A stretch of DNA of 43,418 nucleotides from the NCBI GenBank assembly GCA_002104905.1, contig MCFE01000706.1, positions 1 through 43,418 on the forward strand, given 5' to 3'. The notes under the pieces were generated by a model. The model did no database searches. It was not told the DNA's origin and worked only from the letters and a program-made list of their open reading frames with translations. Source of the DNA: Basidiobolus meristosporus CBS 931.73. Its lineage: Eukaryota > Fungi > Basidiobolomycota. Positions 13,501 through 25,702 of this stretch are shown piece after piece. Numbering within the stretch: position 1 is the stretch's first letter; every line of letters begins with the position of its first letter. The translations under genes and the position numbers were made by a program.

Positions 13501-15133
13501 CCAAAATGCTTTTGAGTCCAGGAAATTAAACCCAGCAGAGGAAAACTATCCAGTGCATGAGAAGGAGCTGCTTGCCATAATGCACTGCTTGAAGACCTGG
13601 AGATACTATATTGAAGGAGTCAAGTGCACTGTGAAGAGTGATCACACCTCACTCAGGTAAATATTTACTCAGAAGGTACTCTTCAGAACAATGACAAGAT
13701 GGAGTGAATACATTCAGCAACTTGACTTGGAGATTTTCTACTTCCCTGGGAAAAACAACATGGCTGTTGATGCCTTATCAAAACTAGAACAAGTTGCACA
13801 ACTCAACCTGGTGCATGAATCAGATTGGTCTAGCTTATTACCAAAGTACTTGGAGGACAAAGCCATTCTTAATGAGATGAATGAAGAGATCAAGAAGATA
13901 ATCTGGGATGAAGCCAGCAAGTTTATAGTACAGATGAAACACTCTACCAAATTGCTGATGGAAGCCCTATTGCCTATTGCCCCTATGTTGCTTGCCTGGA
14001 TTTAATACATAAGCTACACAATGAATAAGTACATCTTGGCATTGAAGGAACCTATAGCCTTGCCAAAGCCATAGAATGGTGGTCCAGAATGAAACAAGAT
14101 ATTGAGAAGCTAGTGAAAACATGCCTAAATTGCCACATCAACCAAGGCTAACCACAGATAATTGCAGAACTCTATCCCTCAGAGCCTGTGAGACCATTTT
14201 AGAAATGGGGAATTGAATTTGTTGGAAGACTTCCAGCCAACAGGAAATGCAACTGGTGGATCCTAGTAGCAATTGCCCATGCCACTAAATGGCCGGTGGC
14301 TAAAGCAGTGCCTGTAGCCAGTGAACAAGAAGTTGCAAGTCTCTTCTACAATAAGAACCCTATGAAGTTTTGATGCCCTGTAGGGATTTTATACAATATA
14401 GAAGCAAGCTTTATGACAAAGACATTGGATGCTTACCAGGAAATGCAGCAGATTAAACACTTGAAAACCACAGCATATGACCCTAGAACCAATGTAGTTA
14501 CCATGCAGTTTAATGGATTATATGGAAAAATGCTAATCAAATATGCAAATGTAGCTGCCATTGGATGGAATGAGTATATAGACTAGGCACTTTTTGTCTG
14601 CAGAGTTAGAGGGCACAACACCACCCAACAATTCCCATCTTACTTAATGCATGAATGTGAATCAAGGATTCCAGAAGATCTCACACAACCAAAGCTTACA
14701 AATGCCTTAGAAGATGAGCTCAGTCAGCCAAGTAGACACCAGCAGCTGGAACAAAGGTGTCAAGAGGCATAGGTCAAAGTATCTCAGAGAGCAGAAAAGA
14801 TGAAGTAAAGATTTGATAAGACTATATCACCAGAGGCATTGACAGTTGGGAGCTTTGTATCACTGAGAGACAACATACAGAAGAAGTTTGAGCCACAATG
14901 AACAGGACCTTTCAAGATCACCAGAGAATGTCCATTTGCAACTTACCAGCTAGTGGGCAAGCAAGGTAATATCTGGGAAGACTTAGCTCAAAGAGACAGA
15001 CTCAAGCTTGCAAGACTTGCCAGCAATACTGAACCATCAAGATATTAGTATCACAAGAAAAGAGATTTCAGAGAACCCTCTAAACTTTAGTAGGGGAGAA
15101 TGTCATGATCTACTGCTTGAATGTTTAAGTTAG
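10581..15133 (+). mobile_element. Degenerate Ty3/gypsy LTR retrotransposon (G1); 3' LTR truncated after ~33 nt
   Basis: 5' LTR ~10581-10923 (TG...CA). Gag with zinc knuckle CFNCHQQGRIAKYC; protease MIDSGA; RT ([16 protein letters not shown]; [13 protein letters not shown]; LAKCEF..EHVEYLGHIV); RNase H (LFTDASDYAISGVLSQ; EKELLAI; SDH); integrase (H-G...WW...C..C; WGIEFVGRLP). Order is PR-RT-RH-IN. PPT AGGGGAGAA at 15092-15100, then the LTR stub at 15101. Confidence 0.93.
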
Positions 15134-16480
15134 AGCAAGCATACAGAGTTCATCCAGCATTGGGTACTGGTAGCTATCCTAGTTGGACAGGGATTTAAGC
15201 CCAGATACCAGTGAGACTACCATAAAATTTGTGCTCTGATACCATAAGATAGGCAGCAGATTCAGGCTGATGAGAATCAGTGGCCAGCAGGATTTGCTGG
15301 TAGAGTACTTGTTTAGTGAGTATCCATCAAGTGCTGAGGCAAAGGCATGGTCATACATATTTTCAAAGTAGCCCTTGCTTCTTAGCTGTTTGTGATGCTT
15401 GCCATTTAATAGACTTGTTCCATTGTGCCATTGATCATAGTGCCAGAAAGTGCTGTATATTTTGTTATTAATTTGATATTTTAGGGTCATATGCATGTCA
15501 ATTTTGATCGCATATTGGCACTGTATGGCACTATCTGGCACTCTGTGGCATGATCAGGCACCATCTGGCATGCTATGGCACTATTGGGCACTATGATCAG
15601 CTGGAATGATGGAACAAGTCTAATATATTGGATATGTTTGTGCTTGATTGATACTGAGTGCAGTACTTTGTAGCTTTTCAACATTTGTTGGACTGCATGA
15701 GCTTGTTTAAACATAGTATTACTGGAATATATCCAGAGTGTGAACAATGTTTTCCTTCAATGGTGGTGGATTCCTGATAATTTGGACACATTGCAATGGT
15801 GGTATTTTTGGATGTGAATGCCATGCAACTATTAACACATGCTGGAATCCAGACAGTCTCTGGGTTACATGTTGCCAGCAACATGATGGTGGTCCACTTG
15901 TGCTATGTACATAGTAATTTGCATTCCAGACTGTTTTTGGCAAGAAGTAGTAGTAAATCTTCAGAGCCCCCATTACGGCTATTAGTGGAAACATGCAACT
16001 TTGCTAGCCACAACATTACATCTTTCACCAGTAAATGGATTACTGGGCTCACCTGGCTCCATAAAGTATCCTTGGCATTTGTTTCAATGGGTGTTGTCTC
16101 ATTGCATATTGGAATTTGTCCAGGCTCATGTGTGTTACTGTTCTTAGGGGAGATAGGCTCACAATCAATCAGTGAGCCTTGTTTGTCAGAGATATCACTC
16201 TGTATTCCATATTCAGAAGGCTGAGGTGAGCCTAAAGGCATCACAAACTCACCTGACTCCATTTGCATATGGTGACAAAGATGGCCAGGTGCCAATATAG
16301 AAGTATCAACTAGCCAGCAAGATAATTTTGGTACATCAGTTACTGATATATGGTCTAATATGACTTGTGTGGCAAAACACTGGCTGTGATCCTTGGAATA
16401 CTTTCTATGCTGTCTGCATGCTTTGTGGCTGAGAGGCTTGCTACAATAGCCACATGGTTTTTTCTCTTCTCTTATGCCAT
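15134..16480 (-). mobile_element. CACTA/CMC-EnSpm transposase (Transposase_21-like) remnant, copy 1
   Basis: N-terminal PCGYC...RQH; ACVNSCMAFT......CPNY; GYIPVILCL; ISNILNGKHHKQLRSKGYF (after removing the MITE); ALDGY......CWPLILISLNLLP..WY...NFMVVSLVSG; DSYQYPMLDEL. All follow the fungal/animal CACTA consensus order. Confidence 0.8.
15412..15620. mobile_element. 209-bp MITE-like element with ~33-bp bipartite TIRs and an internal 8 x 10-bp tandem array
   Basis: The TIR block GACTTGTTCCAT (12 bp, perfect) and inner block TGATCATAGTGCC (13 bp, perfect) occur at both ends in inverted orientation. Flanked by TAATA at 15407-15411 and 15621-15625. The array at 15516-15595 has invariant GGCA every 10 bp. 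Confidence 0.8.
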
Positions 16481-16792
16481 TGAATCAAAGTAGTCTTGTC
16501 CATGGGGCAAACAGCTTGATCTTCAACAATGTAATGCATTATAACACTTTTTGGTTGGTACTTAGGTGAATTTCAGACAGACTTGTATTTGAGTCATTGC
16601 ACCTATGTGAATATAAGATTCAATAATGACCTGCCATAGTAATCATTATAAATAAAGTTGTGGCACAACATACCAACATATATGTAACACTATTTCCCTT
16701 TGGTTTGACTTGCTTCCATATATATGCCGCCAAAAAATAGAGCAAAGTAGTGTGGCTCCCAACTAAACCACACCACTGATGGCAGCAGGAGA

Positions 16793-19100
16793 ATGATTGG
16801 ACAACAGCTTGCTTTAACATGCAGTGCAACAAGCAGGGCTACATCCAAAAAAAGCCATGCTGACAGTATTCTCACTGAAGGTAATAATGCGGACTCCTCA
16901 GGCACTCAGTCAAGTAGGCAATTGAGAACCTCTGCAGAGCTGCAAGCTGACTATTATGCTCAGGCAGATGAGAATGTAGCAAATGCAGTTCCTTCAGTTG
17001 AAGACCAGCAAGTGGCTGACATAACATTACCACCACCCATATTAGCAAGTATGTTGTCAGCTCATACAACAGCATTAACAAAGCAATTAGGTGCAGCTAC
17101 TTATAGGATAGATGCAATGGCCCAGAGAAAGCAGGAAATAGTCCAGAAACAGGACAAGCAGTTAATATGCACAGAGCAAGCATTATCACAGGTAGAGAAT
17201 GCAGTATCTTTGCTGCAAAGAAGGAACTCAAGTAGCTTAATGCCACAGCCCAGAATTAAGCCATTTCCTGATGTAACAGCAGAGGAACACCATACAGTCT
17301 TTGAAGCGCAACATCAGTGCCCAAAGATAAAGCCTACATAAGCCTATTACAGCATGGGAGGGAGACAATGTGGTGTTTATACCAAGGCCTAAAAATCAAA
17401 AGACATTGAAGATCCATGAAGCCATTGAGAGCAATAATGAAGAGTGGGCTAAAACTCAAGAGGTTGTTAGTAGTCTAGCATGCCATCACCTTAAGGCTGG
17501 CATACCATGGCACCATCAGGAGCTCAAGGCCAAGTGGAATGTGCTTTGCTTGTTCCATGAGCAACATCTTGAACTCAAATGGGCAAACAGCTTTTGGGCC
17601 AGCATTGTTATGCTAAGTAAATATCTTAAGAATAGCAGCAACTATCAGAGGTAGAAGAACAAGGGGCTATGGCTAAAAGCCAGTGGCTACCTCAAGAGCC
17701 TTTTACAAGCAGGGCCAAAAGCTCCAAACAAAAGTTAAACAGATGTCAGGTAGCCAGAAGAGTGTTAATAAGGGACAATCATGCAGACACAAATGCACCT
17801 GCATGACATTCATCAAGTAAAAAGTGTAGTAGCAGTTAAGAGGCACTCAGAGACAGTAGCAGTGAAGGACCTGGCAGTAATAAAGACCAGTGGCTTTCTC
17901 AGGAACCTGTCACAGCCATGACTGAGAGCTCAAAACAAGCAGTAAAGAAACATCAAGTGGCCAGGAGAGTGCCAGCAAGGGACAAGCAGGCCAAAACAGA
18001 TGCAACAGAGTAGAATTTATCAAGGAGAAAACATAGTTCACTACAAAAAGCACTCTGATGAAGTAGTAGTGAAAGACCTGGCAGTGATAAAGGAAAAGGT
18101 AAATGGGAAAATGTCTACCCAAGTCTTAGACAGGGAGGCATGCAGAAAAAACCGCAGTTCTTGCCAATTAATGCTGCAAGCCTGGAACTGATTGAATCCC
18201 ATAATAGCCAAGAAGAGTTACCAACAAGAAAACAGCTGTTTTCACAAGAGGTGGAAGCGCAGCCAGTTGAGCTACACTCCAGCAAGGTAGATGAGTTTGC
18301 AGAGAATATCAATTCATCTACCACAGCCTCCACATCCTCCATTGTTGACAGGGTGGAGATCCCATCAACAGACAAGGCTGCAACATCAAGAACTCAAAAG
18401 ACTATCACAATGCCTTCAGTAGAATTTTGGAACATTAATAGGCACACCAAGAGCTTGCAGCACTTCCTCAAGAGCTATGCTGAAGAAAACATACTTGAAT
18501 ATTGCAAGGATTTATTGCAAAGACTGGCAGATGAGGTGCTAGATCTTGTAGTGCCAGCTAAAGACCAGGATGTGTGGGAACTAATGAATGAACAGTGGCA
18601 TAAAGGTGTTGGGCTCCTGCCAAAGTTATGGAAACATAGTGTTACAGCAGAATTATGTATTGGGTGGTAGATTTTAATGGAGTTACTTGTTGAGTGTGGG
18701 GTTGGGCTTACTGTTAGTGTAGGGTATAGGGACTTGTATAGGTTAATGCAATTGGCAATTGAGGTACAACTGAAGTTTCAACAAAAATAAATCAATTTGT
18801 AAGCATGAAAGGTTAGAGAAGCAGTTGAGTCAGGAAGTAAGGAGTGTGGAAAAGAGGCAATAGCCAATTAATGTACACCAATATAGGAGGTGATTGAGTG
18901 TCCAGGATAAGAGAGTAAGCAAATTGGCAGGGAACCAATCAAAAGCCACTTATGTATTGCTGTGATGAAAATTTTGACCAAGTTTTTTGTTAAATCTGGG
19001 GTGCAATTAGTTTTCAACAGTCTCTGCACTGTCTCCAGACAGGATCAGTACCTCTTAGTCATTGGACTATAAATCTGTGACAGCCTTTGACAGGATCATC
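16793..19100 (+). pseudogene. Degenerate accessory ORF of the CACTA element, divergent from the transposase; function unknown; 3' extent uncertain
   Basis: ORF pieces 16793-17341, 17370-17654 and 18140-18670, plus a stop-riddled in-frame continuation to ~19100. The 5' part is conserved in the second copy (34010-34267 minus: QQLALT....ATS.K.H.DS....G.NADS...QSSRQLR). Confidence 0.45.
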
Positions 19101-19114
19101 ACAATAATTATCCA

Positions 19115-22100
19115 TAGGGTATATTTACATCCTTGATCATCTTAAAATAAAGTAAAAAACACTTTTTGACATAAGCTCAAGTGTTTAGAAAGCTTTCTTA
19201 GCTACATTGCTACTTTTGTAACTTCACAGAATGTCATTTACACATCCTCTGTGGCACAAGGTGTTGCAGTTGGTTGCTTTCTTGAAATTCATGACATTGC
19301 TCCTATGGAGTAAGCAAAGGTTCATCCTGTGGTGGATCTTCTGGCTTGAAAATTTCATCTCCTACCAGCATCAGAGTATCCCAGAAGGTCCTATTCTGAA
19401 GCTTTATAGGTGCACCTTAAGTAGATATCAGCAGTTTCTTTTAGGTGTCTAAAAACCTGCTTAAATGCTGAGTATGATCAAATCCATAGTTCTGATTATG
19501 CTATCTAACAACTCCTACTGAATATGAGATATCTGGATGTGTTCCTAGCATCTATGCAAAATACTGCTGGCCACAGATTGATAGGGAAAATCAGGGCTTT
19601 CAGATGGCTCATTTCTCTTGATTTAGTACAGTTTTTGCCAAACTAAGGTGAGTGTCCATTGGCATGGCTGCAAGTTTACAGTCTTTCAATTGTACTCTTT
19701 AGTTTATTTTCAGTATAGTTGGATTGGCTTAGGGTGATAATCTGGATACTTTTGTCTATGGAGAGCTTTATCCCTAAGTGGTAACTAACCTCTCCTAAAT
19801 TGGACATCTTGAGCTCCTTAGATTGCCTAAATTTAGTATCTTCTAATGCTTCTTGGTTATTTGCAGCTATAATAAGATCATCCATATATTGAGTTAATGG
19901 GGCTGGACTTGCTCTTTCTGGCTGATGGCAGAAACCTTAGTCAGGAGTACTCCTATGGAAACTCAAAGATTTCAAGTAGGACCCTATCTTGCAGTTCCAG
20001 GCCCCTTGTGATTGTTGGAGACCACATAAAACTTTGAAGCTTGCAGACCAAGTGGGGGTTATCCTGGTCCACAAACCCTTCAGGCTAGTCCATGTGCAAG
20101 TCCTTATCAAGTTCCCTGCTCAAAAATGCAGCTTTATATCCATGTGATGAACAAAAACCCACATTTAGCTGTAATAGCTATTATTAATTTGATGGAAATC
20201 AATTTGTCTACCAGTGCAAAGGTCTCTGTACACTGAAGTCCATTTATTGGAGAGTATCCCTTGCCCACAGTCTTGCTTTATATCTTTCAAGTGTAACATC
20301 AGCCTTATATTTTGTCTTGAAGATGCATCTGCTTCTAATTGATTTTTGGTTGATTGCAATTTGACCAAGTCCCAAATTTGATTTACCATCAAGGCCTATT
20401 ACTCCTCAGTCATTGCAGATCTCCAAAACCTTGTCTGAGGGCCATACTGGGCCTCCTTTATGGTCTGGGGCTCATCAATATGGACTGAGCAGGTGTATGC
20501 TAGGTTTGCACCCTTGTAGATATAGTAATTTGGCTATTTCTGGTCCAGTTGGATCTACTGGTGGGTGGTATTGGAATGATCACCTCTGGAATATTCCCGG
20601 TCACTAGTTCAGGCTGAGACATGGTTGCAGAGTCCTCTGGTGTGAAAAATCTTTCATTGATTCCCACTTATGCAATCCTGACTTTTAGTGGACTTGAGAT
20701 CAAATTTTTGTCAATATCTGAAGACATTTTTTGTGAAGAGTTTGAATTTTCAAGAAGCAAACATCTCTGGACTCAATCTGCTACTTTGCTTTAGTATTGT
20801 AGGGTATGTATGCTTTACTCTGACTGTAGAAGTCCAATAATATGAGCTTTACATTTTTTGGCTCAAACTTTGACTGATTTCCAGGCCATGTCATTGTATA
20901 TGCTCTACACCCAAATATTCTTATATGTTTTACACTTGGTCTGTATCTGTACTATACCTCAAATGGAGCCAAATCACCAGGTATTTTGTTATAGCTCCTA
21001 TTGTGAAGGTACATAGCTGTGGCAAATGATTCTGCCCAAAAATCACAGGAAAGCTTTGATCATGGATCATAGACCTTGCCATATCAAATATCAATCTGTG
21101 TGCATGTGCTGTCACTCAATGTTGCTGCAGGAAGTATGGTGCAGCAGTCACTTGCTTCATCCCAGTAATCTTTCAGTAGTGAATGAAGAGTTTTGAGGTA
21201 TATGCTCCATCAATGCAAGAGCATAATTTCTTGATTTTATTACCAGTGTCTCTTTCCTCCATGAAATAAAGCTCCCCAAACTTAGACAGAGCATCCTTCT
21301 TTCTTTTCATGAAAAAGATCCATGTGTATCATGTACAATCATCAGTTAAATTGATTAAATTTCTCATCCTGCCTAAGGATGTATATTTATAGGTCCACAC
21401 ATATATGAGTAAATCATATCAAACTCTTTCTTTGTTGAGATTAGCCCAGAGCTCATGAGTGATTGTCTGGCTTTTTCCCATATCAGCAGGCTTCACAGTG
21501 CTCCAAATTAGCTGGGTGCTCAATTTTACTCTGGAAATTAGCTGATCTTTGATCATTTTGTGGAAATAATCAAAATTGATGTGTCTATATCCTCTGTGCC
21601 AAAGCATTGGTGCTTTTCACCTAAATTGCTTATGTTGGCTTTCAGATAGGATAGGACATATGTCAACTTGGATAGATTGTGATCTCTCATACCCAAAGCA
21701 ATATGGGCACCATTTAGATCAGTGATCTTGCACCCAGAATTGTCAATGCTGAAACTGAGTCCTTCTGCTGTGGCTTTGCTTGCAGATAGCAGGTTCTTGG
21801 CTACTTTTGAAACATAGAGTACCTCTATGAGGGTAAGTGTATGGCTTCCATCACTGCTTCTAAGCTTTACTTGGATGGTTCCTTATCCGACTGCATTAAG
21901 TGTTCCATTGTCACCTATGAGAACTTTGTTGACTATAATTTCTTGATATTGGGTAAAAATTACTCTTTGGTGCATAAAGAGATGAGATGCTCCAGTGACA
22001 ATACATTTTGGCTGAGAATCCCTGTTTGTGGTCATACATAGTGCAGATATGGATAGTGTATCTTTGGTTATTGCAGTATTCTCTTATTCAGGCTTTTCAG

Positions 22101-23194
22101 CTTATTATCTCTCTTTTTGAGGCGCTGGTCTGATTTATGCTCTTTCCTTTTGCAGTAGTTGCAAAATAGCTTGCTGTTGTCTCTGAAGGATCATGAGTGC
22201 CTCCTTTGCTGGTGATCATTGCTTATTAAAGCATTTTCTTCTTTTTTCTGGTGGCACTTAATTTTCTCAATTCCTCATCCAGGAGCCATCCAAATACATA
22301 ATATAAGGCCCAATCTTCATTTATGGGCTCTAGGGCTGATACAAGGCCTTGAAACCTGTCTGGCAGGCCATTCAAGATGGTAACTACTACAGCCTCATCA
22401 GTAGTTTCATCTTCCAGCAGGGTAATTCTGTTGATTATGTATTTCATTTCTTCTCCTGGAAGCATCTTTGTAGTAAGGAGTATTTGTCAAAGATACATTT
22501 TTCTTTGCAGCTGAACATGACTGGTATCTGTCTTCTGATGCCTTCAAAGCATTCTTTGATTTTTTTGCACTTGAAAATTGAATCAGCAATTTGTCTTTGA
22601 CATTACAGCAAATGCAGTTAAAGGCTCTTTGTTCTTTCTTCTGGTACTTTGAGGCTTCTTCTCACATATCTTTAGGAGGGTATTCTTCTCCCATGAGAGT
22701 ATTCCAAAGCCCTCTTTCTTTTAGCTGCATCTCCATCTTCACATTTCACACTTGGTAATTAGATCCAAGCAACTTTTCAGCAGAGGGAAAAAATTAAGTA
22801 ATAGCAGTAGTTGATATTGAAGAGAGTGACAGCTTTGGGCTTGTAACCTGTTGTAAGGGCTTTGAAGATTTTGCAATTGATTGGGAGACTAAGTATATTA
22901 TGTGGTTTTCACTTTATAACTTATTGAATGTCAAGGTACTTTAATACTTTTACATAGTTGTAGCATCAAAGACACATATAATAGGCTCATGAATGTCCCA
23001 AGATCATATGTGCAAATCTTGGGGCTGTTTGGGCAACTTTGAGAATTTAATGTTCTAGGCACCTGATATTTGATCAAACTATTCCAAGCAAATCCCACAA
23101 AGGTATTTGGTCTGTGTTCTCTAAGAGTTGTGGGTAATGATTCAAGTGACTACCTTAGGTGAATATTTAGGTGGAATTACAGAACTTTACAATG
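19115..23194 (-). mobile_element. Degenerate Ty1/copia family A element (C3), 3' end and 3' LTR missing
   Basis: 5' LTR 22849-23194; PBS variant GGTTACAAGCCC at 22837-22848. Gag, protease, integrase, RT and partial RNase H are collinear with the reverse complement of 25700-30270 (for example MLPGEEMK, MLWHRGY.HINFDYF, MDDLIIA). Confidence 0.92.
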
Positions 23195-23412
23195 TTGAAT
23201 GGATGCTGAACCCAGCAGATACTTCTGTCAATATGACCACTGGGTTAGGAATTGTAGCTCAATAGCTTTCCATTTACAAGCTTGTGGCTTTATTCCCCTC
23301 CACATTAGCAAAGTGACTGAGCCATAGCATTCCTAGCAAGCTTTTGCAAGAGGTTATTACACTTGTGAACACCCTACACACAAAATATTTGAGAAGTGTT
23401 GGATGTATCTCT

Positions 23413-23758
23413 TGTTTTGAAAATTTGCTATTGCACCTAATATTCACTTAACTTAGGCACTAAGATCTCTACCTGCAAGTCTTAGGGAGCTCCAACCAAA
23501 TTCATTTTTGGGACTTACTTGGAATATTTGAATTAAACATCAGGTTTCCAAAACATGAGATCTCTTAAGGCTTTCCAAACAGCCCCAAGCTTTGCTCACG
23601 TTTTATTTGAGTCATCCTGGACACATTTTATCTGTCTGTTCTGCCAAGACCATGTAAAAGTATAAATATTACTTACATATTTAGTAAATTATGTAATAAA
23701 AGCCACAGAATCTACTTGTTCTCCCAATCATTGCAAAATCTCAAAAACTCTGACAATA
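23413..23758 (+). repeat. Solo LTR of copia family A (S1)
   Basis: 346 bp alignable to 25349-25698 (TGTTTTG...CAATA). Left TSD TCTCT at 23408-23412; the right TSD TTTCT is recovered by joining 23759-23761 to 34043-34044 after removing C2. Confidence 0.85.
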
Positions 23759-25702
23759 TTTTACTGTAAGAGTCTTGGAGATATTAGAAGTAATTTGGGA
23801 AGACAAGCAGCTAATGTGGTTTTCACTTGATGATTTATTGAATGTAAGGAATATTTATACTTTTACATGGTCCTGGCCTTACAAACATATAGAATAGGTC
23901 AAGGAAGGTCCCAATAGCATGTGTGCAAAGCTTGGGGCTGTTTGGACAACCTTGAGAATTTTCAAGTTTTGGGTACCTGATATTTTGGTGAAAATATTTT
24001 AAGTAGATCCCAACAAGGAATTTGGTCAGTATTCCCTGGGATTTGAAGGTATTGATCTAAGTGACTAAGTTAGGTGAGTAATTAGGTGGAATTGCAAATT
24101 TTTACACACTCCCTCTCAGCTAAATGCTCATACTGACTAGTCCTAATTTTGACCTAAGATATTCAAACTTGTCTCTAGCTAATGGTTTGGTAAATATGTC
24201 TGCAATCATTTCATCTGAAGGACAGTAAACTAAGCTAACTAAGTTATTCTCTATAGCCTCATGTACAAGATGATGTCTAATATCTATGTTCTTAGTTCTA
24301 GCATGAAAAGTTGATTTCTACCTAATTGTACAAAACCTTGATTATCTTGAAATAAAGTAATAGCATTTTTTGACTTTGGCCTAAATCTGTAAAATGCTCT
24401 CTTAGCCACATTGCTTCATTTGTAGCTTCACAGGCTACCATATACTCTGCCTCTGCAATGGAAAGTGCTACAGTTGGTTGCTTTCTTGAATTCCATGAAA
24501 TTGCTCCTTTACAGTAAAGAGAGGTGTATCCTGTGGTGGATCTTCTGTCTTCCAAATTTTGCCCCCAATCAGCATCAGAGTATTGAACAGGATCCTAATC
24601 TGCATCCTTATAAGTGTATCTTAAGCAGATATTGGCAGTTCCTTTTAGGTATCTAGAAATCTGCTTAACTGCTGCAATATGATCAGATTCATAGTTCTGA
24701 TTATGCTGGCTGACAACTCCCACTGAATATGAGATATCTGGATATGTTCCAAGCATGATATATATCAGTCAGCCAACCATGGATTGATAAGGATAGTCAG
24801 GGCTCTCCAATGGCACTAAGCTCTCTTGATTTGGTTGAGTTTTGACTAAGTCAAAGTTTGTCTCCATTGGGGTAGCTGCCAGTTTACAGTCTTCCATTTG
24901 GTACTTCTTTAGTATATCATTAATATACTTGGATTGGCTTAGGGTGATAATCTGGGTACTTTTGTCTATGGAGAAGCTTATCCCTAAGTAGTAACGGAGT
25001 TCTCCTATATTGGACATCTTGAACTCTTTAGATTGGCTGGATTTAGTCTCTTCCAGTCTTGCTAGGTTATTGGCAAAAATAATAAGATCATCCACATATA
25101 GAGCTAACAGAACTGGATTTGCTCTATCTGGCTTATAGTATATACTATAGTCAGCATTACTACTTTTGAGACTCAAAGATTCCAAATAAGAATCTATCTT
25201 GCAATTCCAGGCTCTTGGTGATTGTTTGAGACCATATAGAGATTTTTTAAGCTTGCAGACCAAATTGGGGGTCATCTTGGTCAGCAAACCTATCAGGCTG
25301 GTCTATATACATGTCCCCATCCAGTTCACCATTCAGAAATGCAGTTTTTGTTGTAAAAAATTCATAATTCCACCTAAATATTCACCTAACTTAGTCACTT
25401 AGATCATTACCTTCAAATCCTAGAGAATACTGACCAAATTCCTTGTTGGGATTTACTTAGAATATTTTCACCAAAATGCCAGGTACCCAGAACATGAAAA
25501 TTCTCAAAGTTGTCCAAACAGCCCCAAACTTTGCACACATGTTCTTGGGACCTTCCTTAACCTATTCTACGTGTTTGTAATGCCAAGACCAGGTAAAAGT
25601 ATAAATACTACTTTTACATTCAATAAATCATTAAGTGAAAACCACATAATGTACTTGTTCTCCCAATCACTTCCAATATCTCCAAGACTCTTACAACAGG
25701 TT

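Noticed and set aside
14800-15090. Chromodomain at the end of the G1 integrase
   Set aside because: The frame ends shortly after the GPF-type motif, with no Y-V-W chromodomain pattern before the PPT.
15516-15595. 10-bp repeats as a CRISPR-like or protein-coding repeat
   Set aside because: There are no spacers, the context is eukaryotic, the period is not a multiple of 3, and it lies inside a TIR element.
18930-19030. MYCCDE...IWGAIS as a Tc1/IS630 transposase fragment
   Set aside because: Spacing between the motifs is far too short and no other motifs are present.
25571-25702. 44-codon N-terminal gag extension starting inside the LTR (MFVMPRPGK...), also open at 30716
   Set aside because: It is frameshifted in the C2 5' LTR and its start is upstream of any likely transcript body. 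It is not supported as protein, though not strictly excluded.
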